A DNA stretch of 64,000 nucleotides from Deltaproteobacteria bacterium (lineage in GTDB: Bacteria; SAR324; NAC60-12), in the NCBI GenBank assembly GCA_038150265.1, contig JAYOTF010000010.1, positions 1 to 64,000 on the forward strand, written 5' to 3'. A program made the position numbers and the translations under genes. The notes below the pieces were generated by a model. It was given only the letters and a program-made list of their open reading frames with translations. It had not been told where the DNA came from and ran no database searches. Below, piece by piece: positions 36,911 to 44,789 of the stretch (position 1 is the first letter of the stretch; each line of letters begins with the position of its first letter).

Positions 36911-38227
36911 ATGCCTTCTAAGAAACTGATCCTCCTCGGCTGCGCCGGCACGCTCCTCTGGATCGGCTGCGGCATGCCGCTCAGTGACGAACCCGACAAC
37001 CCTTACGAATCACCTGCGACGCTGTCGGTGGAAACCACCACCCCTGAAGCCGGGGCGTCGGGGGTCTCGTTGACCGACAACCTGACCGTCACCTTCAATC
37101 AGGGCGTCGGGGGAGACGGCATGCCCACCAGCTCTTCCAATGCCTGCACAGCGGGCATTCAGCTCTCTTTCGACGGGTTTGCCACCTGCGAGATCGCCAG
37201 CCTGACGACGACCCGGGATTTCCTGACCTACACGCTGGATCCGGAAGGATCGCTGGCGTCCGAGACCACCTATCAGCTCCGGGCCAGCGGCGTCCAGGCA
37301 CTCGGTGGCGCCACCCTGACTCAAGAGGCCGGCATCAGCTTCACAACGGAAGCCCTCTGTGACTCCGGATGCGACTGGGAGGAGTTGACCCCAAGTGGCC
37401 TCACCGCTCGGCAAGGGCACGCTGGAGTCACTTTCAACAACAAGATGTATGTGCTGGGAGGGTTTGCAGCAAACGGTAACCGAATGAATACAGTGGAATC
37501 CTCTACCGATGGTATCACCTGGTCCACTGAAACCACTCCCGGCTGGACGGCCCGGAATGGTTTGGCAGCGGTGGTGTATCGAGGCAAGATTTGGGTCATT
37601 GGCGGCGACGATGGAAGCGTCAGGAATGACGTGTGGACCTTTGATGGAACCACTTGGACTGAAGTACGGGCAAACGGCACTGGCAGCGGTTTCACCGCCC
37701 GTTCCGGTCACGCAGCAATCGTCTTTGACGATCAACTCTGGGTGATGGGGGGCTCCGATGGAAGCAATGGCTACCTCAATGACATCTGGAGCTCAACCGA
37801 TGGCATCGACTGGACTCCACAGGGAACCGCCTCCTGGTCAGTACGTGCCGATCACACTGCGGCCTTCTTAGATGGAAAAATCTGGATCATGGGAGGGTCA
37901 AACGGTAGTGCCCTCAGCGACGTTTGGTCTTCCTCGAATGGCACGACTTGGACTCGAGTGAGCTCTTCGGCATTTCCAGCCGATCAAGACCACCAGAGCG
38001 CCATTTTTGAACAGGCGCTCTGGGCGGTCCAGGGGGATAACGGCAGCGGTCGCGTTCACTTCTGGACTTCGACAAGTGGTGCCAGTTGGAGCCAGGGGAC
38101 CACGAACTATACCTGGAACACCAGCATCTCGAACGGGGTCCTGCTCCGTTACGACAATGCCCTCTACCTCATTGGAGGAACGGATGGCTCCAACGCGTTG
38201 AACACGGTTCTCCGCTATGGAAAGTGA
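36911..38227 (+). CDS. Lipoprotein with an Ig-like (Big_5-type) domain and a six-bladed Kelch propeller
   Basis: Lipobox 'WIGC'; 'TPEAGASGV...TVTFNQ...LASETTY'; six repeats of 'R..H..V.....W.IGG....NDVW.S.DG..W'. Confidence 0.8.
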   Translation: MPSKKLILLGCAGTLLWIGCGMPLSDEPDNPYESPATLSVETTTPEAGASGVSLTDNLTVTFNQGVGGDGMPTSSSNACTAGIQLSFDGFATCEIASLTTTRDFLTYTLDPEGSLASETTYQLRASGVQALGGATLTQEAGISFTTEALCDSGCDWEELTPSGLTARQGHAGVTFNNKMYVLGGFAANGNRMNTVESSTDGITWSTETTPGWTARNGLAAVVYRGKIWVIGGDDGSVRNDVWTFDGTTWTEVRANGTGSGFTARSGHAAIVFDDQLWVMGGSDGSNGYLNDIWSSTDGIDWTPQGTASWSVRADHTAAFLDGKIWIMGGSNGSALSDVWSSSNGTTWTRVSSSAFPADQDHQSAIFEQALWAVQGDNGSGRVHFWTSTSGASWSQGTTNYTWNTSISNGVLLRYDNALYLIGGTDGSNALNTVLRYGK

Positions 38228-38263
38228 GGATTGAGACGGATCCAACCGATCTTTTTTGAGGTG

Positions 38264-38279
38264 TGGCCTTTTGTTTGCA
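38264..38279 (+). promoter_or_regulatory. Sigma54 (-24/-12) promoter of flgB
   Basis: TGGCCT-TTTGT-TTGCA: GG at 38265-66 and GC at 38277-78, exactly 10 nt apart, about 50 nt before the ATG. Confidence 0.75.
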
Positions 38280-38327
38280 TTTTGTTCTGTAAACAGTATG
38301 GTTCAACCCCAGCCACACGGTAAGACA

Positions 38328-38744
38328 ATGGCAGGAATCCTCAACAGCAAGATCACCACCCTCGCTCAAAAGTCCCTCGACTTCCGGAGCAAACGACACG
38401 ATGTGTTGGCCTCGAACGTGGCCAACATGAGCACCCCCGGCTACCAGGCGGAAGACCTCGTCTTTGAAAGCACCCTCGCGGCCGCCATGAACGCCGATCA
38501 GCCGGGACCCCTGAAGACCACGAATTCGCGGCACCTGGACGGACGCAACACTCCGCCTCTGGAGCTGGCTCAGGCTCAGCGCATTCATAGCGCCGCGCCG
38601 CACCCGAGCGAAAATGGCAACACGGTGGACCTCGACAAGGAAATGGCCAAGATCGCGGAAAACCAGATGATGTACAACGCCTCGCTCCGCATGCTCCAGC
38701 ACGAGTTCCGCATGCTCAAAACCGCTATCTCCGAGGGCCGCTAA
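38328..38744 (+). CDS. flgB: Flagellar basal-body rod protein FlgB
   Basis: 'LASNVANMSTPGYQAEDLVF', 'NGNTVDLDKEM'; start trimmed to 38328. Confidence 0.93.
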   Translation: MAGILNSKITTLAQKSLDFRSKRHDVLASNVANMSTPGYQAEDLVFESTLAAAMNADQPGPLKTTNSRHLDGRNTPPLELAQAQRIHSAAPHPSENGNTVDLDKEMAKIAENQMMYNASLRMLQHEFRMLKTAISEGR

Positions 38745-39190
38745 TGAGCTTCTTTTCTGCTTTGAACACCAGCGTTTCCGGCATGACGGCGCAGCGCCTG
38801 CGCGTGAATACCATTTCGGAAAACATTGCCAACGCCCAAACCACCCGGACTCCCGAAGGCGGCCCCTACCGTCGGCGCGAGGTGATCCTGGCTGCCGTTT
38901 CCAACGACCGTACGTTTGAAGAGGAGCTGCGCTCGCAAGACCGCTCCCTGAGCACCGCCACGGAAGTCAAGGTGGTGGGAATGACCAAGGACTCGCGTCC
39001 GCCCCTCCTTCGCTATGAGCCCGGACATCCGGACGCCAACGAAGAAGGGTACGTGGCCATGCCGAATGTCAACGTCATGGAAGAGATGGTGAACATGATG
39101 ATGGCGTCTCGTGCCTACGAAGCCAACTCTGCCGCATTCAACGCCTCGAAGAAGATGGCAGAATCGGCTCTGGATCTGGGAAGAGGTTAA
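38744..39190 (+). CDS. flgC: Flagellar basal-body rod protein FlgC
   Basis: 'NIANAQTTRTPEGGPYRR', 'YEPGHPDANEEGYVAMPNVN', 'RAYEAN'. Confidence 0.96.
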   Translation: MSFFSALNTSVSGMTAQRLRVNTISENIANAQTTRTPEGGPYRRREVILAAVSNDRTFEEELRSQDRSLSTATEVKVVGMTKDSRPPLLRYEPGHPDANEEGYVAMPNVNVMEEMVNMMMASRAYEANSAAFNASKKMAESALDLGRG

Positions 39191-39252
39191 CCTCTTTAAC
39201 CTTCAGGCGGCACGCCAAGGAGGCACCGTCGCCAAACGCCATGGAGGCTTAA

Positions 39253-39516
39253 ATGACTGAATCCAATCGTCTTTCAATGGAGCTCATGCCATTGAATGAA
39301 ACTCTGGCGCGGATGTCGCATCTCTCGGCTCAGGCGGGTCAGACCCTGAACAATCTGCCGACCGACCCGGAACAGATGCTGGAGCGGGCCGCGACTGTGC
39401 GGCAGTTTCACAGCCAGCTCATGGACGCACGCGCTCAACTCGTTGCCCTCTACCGACAGCAACGGATGGAGCGTCATCCATCCTCGCACCCCTTTTTTGA
39501 AGAGACGTCCCCATGA
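39253..39516 (+). CDS. Hypothetical helical protein (87 aa) between flgC and fliE
   Basis: Strong RBS GGAGG; ATGA overlap with the fliE start. Confidence 0.6.
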   Translation: MTESNRLSMELMPLNETLARMSHLSAQAGQTLNNLPTDPEQMLERAATVRQFHSQLMDARAQLVALYRQQRMERHPSSHPFFEETSP

Positions 39517-39812
39517 ACGTACCCAAGGTAACCACGAACCCGTTGCAGGCCCTCAACTCGGCAACCCAGCAAGGCCAACAGCAGCCTCAGGATACCGGAG
39601 TGTACGGTTCATTTGCCAACATGCTGGACGCCGTCAATCAGCAGCAGCTGGAGGCCGGAGCCAAAAAAGCTGAGCTGATGACCTCGCAGAACAAGGACAT
39701 CCACGGGACAATGATTGCCTTGGAAAAAGCCGACATCTCCATGCGGCTCATGCTTCAGGTCCGCAACAAGCTCGTCACCGCCTACGAAGAAGTGATGCGC
39801 ATGCAGGTGTGA
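39513..39812 (+). CDS. fliE: Flagellar hook-basal body protein FliE
   Basis: 'DIHGTMIALEKA...QVRNKLVTAYEEVMRMQV'. Confidence 0.93.
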   Translation: MNVPKVTTNPLQALNSATQQGQQQPQDTGVYGSFANMLDAVNQQQLEAGAKKAELMTSQNKDIHGTMIALEKADISMRLMLQVRNKLVTAYEEVMRMQV

Positions 39813-41015
39813 TCACTTGATCACTTCCTCCAGATAACGCTGCTGGCGCAAGGTTCCCTCACCTTGCTGCCGGTTGCGCTTCATGATGTTCTCCCGAAAG
39901 CTCGGGTTGGCTTGGAAATCGTAGTCAAACTTGAGCGGCCGAATCCCCTTCTCCGACCAATACCCCCGTCCTTCTCGTGTCTCCCGTCGGGCCTGCGAGG
40001 CCATGCTGGGTCGAGACATCTGCTGAGCCTGCTGCTGCATCTGCGAGAGGCTTTGCTGCAGCTGCCCCAGCGCCTGCTGCGTCCGTTGCGCTCCCTGCAT
40101 CGCTTCCCCCGGGTTTCCGCTTTCTCCCAACGACTGCTCCGTTTCTTCTGACGCCTGACGCCCTTGCTGCATCAGCGACTCGGCCGACTGTGCCGACATC
40201 AGGGAGCGGCTGTCGAGGTTTTCCAGCATCTCCTGCATCCTCCGGATCATCTCGCTGATCTGCTGCTGCATCTGCTCGGCCGTCATCCGCTCCTGAGAGG
40301 GCATTTCCGACTGCCCCTGGTGGGGCTGAAGCTGCTGCTGGACCTGCTGCTGCTGCTGCCGGGCCTCCTGAAGCTGCCGCTGCAGTTCCTGAAGCTGCTT
40401 CTGGGCTTCGGCAAAGCGCTCATCGTAGTGCTGCTGAAGCTGCTGCTGAAGCTGCTGCTGCTGCTCGTTGAGGGCTGAGAGCATCTGGTTGAGCAGCTCC
40501 TGCGCCTCCTGCACGCGGTTCTCTTCGAGCAGCTGCTTGAGGGCTTCCATCAACGTATCCACCGGCACCTCCGGAGGCGCGGCAGCATCTGGTTGCTGGG
40601 GCAGAAAAGACGCCAGGTCCTGCTGCTGCTGCAGCATGTCCTGAAGCTGCTGCTCAAACTCGGCCAGCATCTCCAGCACCTGATCCTTCAGGGCCTCATC
40701 CGGATTCTGCTTCAGCTCCTCCATCCACTGCTCCAGCGTCTGCAGGTCCTGAAAGGCATCGTCGCTTTCACTGAGCGTGTCCTGCTGCTCCTGCTGCTCC
40801 AGCAACAGCCGGAGCCGTTGCCGCAGGTCCCCCATGGTCCGGTGCTCCTCCTGCATCAGCACAAGCTGTTCCGGAGTAGGAGCGCTCTCGGCCCAGAGCG
40901 GTGCCGGGGCCACGCTTCCCAGCACCAGGCAAAACCCGGCTCCAGAAGCAAGGAGTTTGCTGAGAATTCCCTTGTTGCTGCGTGCAGTCTTGTGGTATTT
41001 TTGTACGTTTTTCAT
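39813..41015 (-). CDS. Exported Gln-rich coiled-coil protein (DUF4175 C-terminal-like)
   Basis: Signal-like '[13 protein letters not shown]'; Q/E/L heptads; C-terminal '[11 protein letters not shown]'; start uncertain. Confidence 0.65.
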   Translation of the reverse strand: MKNVQKYHKTARSNKGILSKLLASGAGFCLVLGSVAPAPLWAESAPTPEQLVLMQEEHRTMGDLRQRLRLLLEQQEQQDTLSESDDAFQDLQTLEQWMEELKQNPDEALKDQVLEMLAEFEQQLQDMLQQQQDLASFLPQQPDAAAPPEVPVDTLMEALKQLLEENRVQEAQELLNQMLSALNEQQQQLQQQLQQHYDERFAEAQKQLQELQRQLQEARQQQQQVQQQLQPHQGQSEMPSQERMTAEQMQQQISEMIRRMQEMLENLDSRSLMSAQSAESLMQQGRQASEETEQSLGESGNPGEAMQGAQRTQQALGQLQQSLSQMQQQAQQMSRPSMASQARRETREGRGYWSEKGIRPLKFDYDFQANPSFRENIMKRNRQQGEGTLRQQRYLEEVIK

Positions 41016-41065
41016 GGCAATCCGGCCTGACTTTTCTAGATTCCAACACAATCAACAGCAATAGC

Positions 41066-42853
41066 ATGAACTGGATGAGAACGCACTACTGTGGCGACTT
41101 GCGCGCGGCACAGGTAGGCGACGAAGTCTCTCTGATGGGGTGGTGTCAAACACGTCGCGATCACGGAGGCGTGATCTTTGTCGACCTGCGTGACTACACA
41201 GGAGTGTCTCAAGTCGTTTTCAAGATGGAAATCAATGCTGAGGCACACCAGGAGGCCGACCGCATCCGGAACGAATTTGTGCTCGCTGTTCAGGGCAAGG
41301 TTGCCCACCGCATTGAAGGCAACGTCAACCCCAAGCTCCCCACAGGCGAGATTGAGGTGCTGGTCGAAACCCTTGAGATCCTCAACCCCTCGCAAACCCT
41401 GCCCTATCAGCTGGAGGACCGGAACGAGGTGGACGAGAAGATCCGCCTCGCGTACCGCTTCCTCGACCTGCGGCATCCGGAGTTGCAGCGCAACCTGATG
41501 CTGCGCTCTCAGGCCATGCAGATCGTCCGGGGCTACCTCACCGAGCAGCACCGCTTCTTTGAGGTCGAGACCCCCATTCTGACCAAGTCCACTCCGGAAG
41601 GCGCTCGCGACTACCTCGTGCCGTCTCGGGTCAACCCCGGCATGTTCTACGCCCTTCCGCAGTCCCCTCAGCTCTTCAAGCAGCTGCTGATGGTCAGTGG
41701 CTTCGACCGCTACCTGCAGATTGCCCGCTGCTTCCGCGACGAAGACCTGCGCGGCAACCGGCAGCCCGAATTCACCCAGATCGACCTGGAGCTGAGCTTC
41801 ACGCAGCCTGAAGAAATCTTCGGCATCATCGAAGGCATGTTTGCCAAGCTCTTCCAGGACACCATTCAGGTGGAAGTGCCCACCCCCTTCCCCCGGATGA
41901 CCTACCAAGAGGCCATGGACCGCTTTGGCTCCGATGCGCCCGACCTGCGGTTTGGGCTGGAGCTGAAGGACGTTTCAGACATTGCCTCCCAGAGCGAGCT
42001 GAAGGTCTTTGGCGACGTCATTGCCAAGGGGGGGCTGGTCAAGGCGATCTGTGTCCCCGGAGGCGCCGAGCTGTCCCGGAAGGACCTGGATGACCTGACT
42101 CAGTTTGCCCAGATTTATGGGGCCAAGGGGATGGCGTGGATCAAGCGGAACCCGGACGGGTGGCAGTCGCCCATTGCCAAATTCTTCCCGGAAGCCCTCC
42201 AGCAGCAGCTCAATGAGCGGGTCGACCTCAACGTTGGAGACCTGGTGCTGTTCTGCGCCGACACCCCGAAGGTGGTGCATGACACCCTGGGGAACCTCCG
42301 CAAGGAGCTCGCCCGCCGGCGAGGACTGATCGATGACAGCGTCTACAAATTTGTCTGGATCACCGACTTCCCACTCTTCGAGTACAGTGAAACAGACAAG
42401 CGCTGGACCTCCACGCACCACCCGTTCACCATGCCCAACCTCGACGACCTCGAGCAGCATGCTGAAAGCGACCCTGGAAAGGTCCGCTCCATTGCCTACG
42501 ACGTGGCCCTCAATGGGGTGGAAGTGGGAGGTGGCAGCATCCGGATCCACCGGCAGGACATCCAGAACCGCGTCTTCCAACTCCTCAAGCTGAGCGAGGA
42601 GGAAATTGAGAGCAAATTCGGCTTCCTCATGAAGGCCCTCTCCTTTGGCGCTCCTCCGCACGGAGGCATCGCCCTCGGTTTTGACCGCATCATGATGTTC
42701 CTGCTCCAAACCGACTCCATCCGCGACGTCATCGCGTTCCCCAAAACGCAACGGGCTTCCTGCCTGATGACCGATGCCCCTTCCGCTGTCGAGACGGCTC
42801 AGCTGGACGAGCTTCACATCCGGGTGAAGGCCTCGGCTCAGTCCGCCAGCTAA
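41066..42853 (+). CDS. aspS: Aspartate--tRNA ligase (probably non-discriminating Asp/Asn)
   Basis: 'MRTHYCG', 'RRDHGG', 'TPEGARDY', 'FRDEDLR', '[12 protein letters not shown]'. Confidence 0.97.
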   Translation: MNWMRTHYCGDLRAAQVGDEVSLMGWCQTRRDHGGVIFVDLRDYTGVSQVVFKMEINAEAHQEADRIRNEFVLAVQGKVAHRIEGNVNPKLPTGEIEVLVETLEILNPSQTLPYQLEDRNEVDEKIRLAYRFLDLRHPELQRNLMLRSQAMQIVRGYLTEQHRFFEVETPILTKSTPEGARDYLVPSRVNPGMFYALPQSPQLFKQLLMVSGFDRYLQIARCFRDEDLRGNRQPEFTQIDLELSFTQPEEIFGIIEGMFAKLFQDTIQVEVPTPFPRMTYQEAMDRFGSDAPDLRFGLELKDVSDIASQSELKVFGDVIAKGGLVKAICVPGGAELSRKDLDDLTQFAQIYGAKGMAWIKRNPDGWQSPIAKFFPEALQQQLNERVDLNVGDLVLFCADTPKVVHDTLGNLRKELARRRGLIDDSVYKFVWITDFPLFEYSETDKRWTSTHHPFTMPNLDDLEQHAESDPGKVRSIAYDVALNGVEVGGGSIRIHRQDIQNRVFQLLKLSEEEIESKFGFLMKALSFGAPPHGGIALGFDRIMMFLLQTDSIRDVIAFPKTQRASCLMTDAPSAVETAQLDELHIRVKASAQSAS

Positions 42854-42892
42854 GGCGGGACCGGTTAATTTTGTCCCTGAATGCAATTAAGC

Positions 42893-42921
42893 TTGTGCCT
42901 CAGCTGCATTCAGGGAATACT
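42893..42921 (+). promoter_or_regulatory. Putative sigma70 promoter for the DEAD-box helicase
   Basis: TTGTGC-N17-AATACT overlapping a 12-bp inverted repeat. Confidence 0.4.
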
Positions 42922-43134
42922 GGTGAATTGCTTTCATCCCGACCCAGTCAACGTTGACTCGACTCCAACCCACTGCCTTGGCTCAGTTCTGAGAGCTTCC
43001 TAGACGTCCTTCCTCAAACGGACGCATTCTGGTTCTTCCCTGCCTCAGTGTACCTTCTTGGTTGCAACAGCGGACTCTTCGGTCCCCAAACGGCATGGAC
43101 AACCGAATCTTGATTCCATCCACTTTGGAGACCA

Positions 43135-44763
43135 ATGACTTTGTTTTCTGACCTTCAGCTGCTGCCTGCTTTGCAGAAAGCGCTGGACGAGCACAATTAT
43201 CAGGAACCGACCCCGATTCAGGCGCAGGCCATTCCGACCCTGCTTTCCGGGACCGACCTGCTGGGCATTGCTCAGACCGGAACCGGCAAGACCGCCGCCT
43301 TTTCCCTGCCGCTGCTGCAGAACCTGATGACGAGCAACCAGAAGCGCCGACCGGGCACTCCGCGGGCGCTGATCCTGGTTCCAACCCGTGAGCTGGCAGT
43401 GCAGGTGCACCAGTCCCTGCAAAGCTACGGACGGCACCTGCCGTTGCGCTGCACCGCGATCTTCGGCGGCGTGCGCATGCACAGCCAAACCCGAGCCCTG
43501 CAGCAAGGCGTCGATATCCTCGTTGCCACCCCGGGACGCCTCAGCGACCACCTCCGGCAGCAGCACCTGACGCTGGCAGGCGTCGAGATCCTGGTGCTGG
43601 ACGAAGCCGACCGCATGCTCGACATGGGCTTCCTCCCAGAGATCCGGAACCTCGTTCAGCAGCTTCCGGCGGAGCGTCAGACCATGCTCTTCTCAGCCAC
43701 CATGCCGGCTCCCATCGCCAAGCTGACCACCGACCTGCTCCACAACCCCACCCGTGTGGAAGTCGCTCCGGAGTCCACCCCCGTGGACCGCATCGACCAA
43801 CGCCTCTACATGGTGGCCAAGGAGCAGAAGCGGCACCTGCTGCACTCCCTGCTCACGGAATCGGCGGTCACCCGGAGCCTCGTGTTCACCCGGACCAAGA
43901 TTGGCGCACAGCGGTTGGCGCAGATGCTTCAGAAGCGTGGCATCACTGCAGACGCCATCCACGGCAACCGGACCCAAAGCGCTCGCCAGAAGGCCCTCAA
44001 GGACTTCAGCCGCGGACGCCTGCAGGTGCTGGTCGCCACCGATGTCGCTTCCCGCGGCATTGACGTGGACGCCGTTTCTCACGTCTTCAACTACGAGCTT
44101 CCGGATGAGCCGGAGAGCTACGTCCACCGCATTGGCCGGACCGCTCGTGGAGGAGCCGAAGGGATCGCCGTGTCGCTCTGTGCCCCAGATGAGCGCAAGA
44201 AGCTCCGGGCCATTGAGCACACCCTGCAGCAAAAGCTCGCGGTTCAGGAATGGGACCGGAGTGTGGTGAAGGAGAGTGGCTTCTCGCAGCCTGAAAGCGC
44301 CCCGGAATTCCGAGAGTCTCGCCCGGCCCGGCCGGAGCGTGCGGCACGTCCGCAGCCTGAGCGCCCGCGGCGCAACAACCGCAACCACCCGAATTTCCGG
44401 GATTCCTACGGCCCGTCTTCCTATGACCGCCCGCGCGAGTCATCTGAGCGAGACGGCTTCCGTGGAAAGAAGCGGTTCCAGTCCGACTACGAAATTCCTC
44501 GGGAAACCTTCTACGAGGGTCCGGACCGCAAGCCAAAGAAGCGCAAGCCCCGCTTTGCTGAAGGTGCAGACCGTTCCGGAGCCCCACAGCAGGAAGCTCG
44601 CCAGCCCGCCTTCCGGGAAGAGCGATCCGGACGTCCGGATGAGGCACCGCGTCGCAAGAAGCAACGGGTCTACGTGCCCCGGCATCAAGACGCCTCTGCT
44701 CGCCGCAAGCCCCGTCGGGAGCAGGAGTCGGGCAACTCTCCGCAGGCGCCCAAAGCCGCCTGA
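43135..44763 (+). CDS. DEAD-box RNA helicase (RhlE-like) with an Arg-rich C-terminal tail
   Basis: 'PTPIQ', 'AQTGTGKT', 'PTRELA', 'LDEADRML', 'SAT', 'HRIGRTAR'. Confidence 0.95.
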   Translation: MTLFSDLQLLPALQKALDEHNYQEPTPIQAQAIPTLLSGTDLLGIAQTGTGKTAAFSLPLLQNLMTSNQKRRPGTPRALILVPTRELAVQVHQSLQSYGRHLPLRCTAIFGGVRMHSQTRALQQGVDILVATPGRLSDHLRQQHLTLAGVEILVLDEADRMLDMGFLPEIRNLVQQLPAERQTMLFSATMPAPIAKLTTDLLHNPTRVEVAPESTPVDRIDQRLYMVAKEQKRHLLHSLLTESAVTRSLVFTRTKIGAQRLAQMLQKRGITADAIHGNRTQSARQKALKDFSRGRLQVLVATDVASRGIDVDAVSHVFNYELPDEPESYVHRIGRTARGGAEGIAVSLCAPDERKKLRAIEHTLQQKLAVQEWDRSVVKESGFSQPESAPEFRESRPARPERAARPQPERPRRNNRNHPNFRDSYGPSSYDRPRESSERDGFRGKKRFQSDYEIPRETFYEGPDRKPKKRKPRFAEGADRSGAPQQEARQPAFREERSGRPDEAPRRKKQRVYVPRHQDASARRKPRREQESGNSPQAPKAA

Positions 44764-44789
44764 CGCCTCCTTCCCTCCGGAGGGTCCGA

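Noticed and set aside
40250..40470. CTG/CAG trinucleotide runs as a microsatellite or contingency locus
   Set aside because: The runs are interrupted and explained by in-frame Gln/Leu codons of the coiled-coil protein
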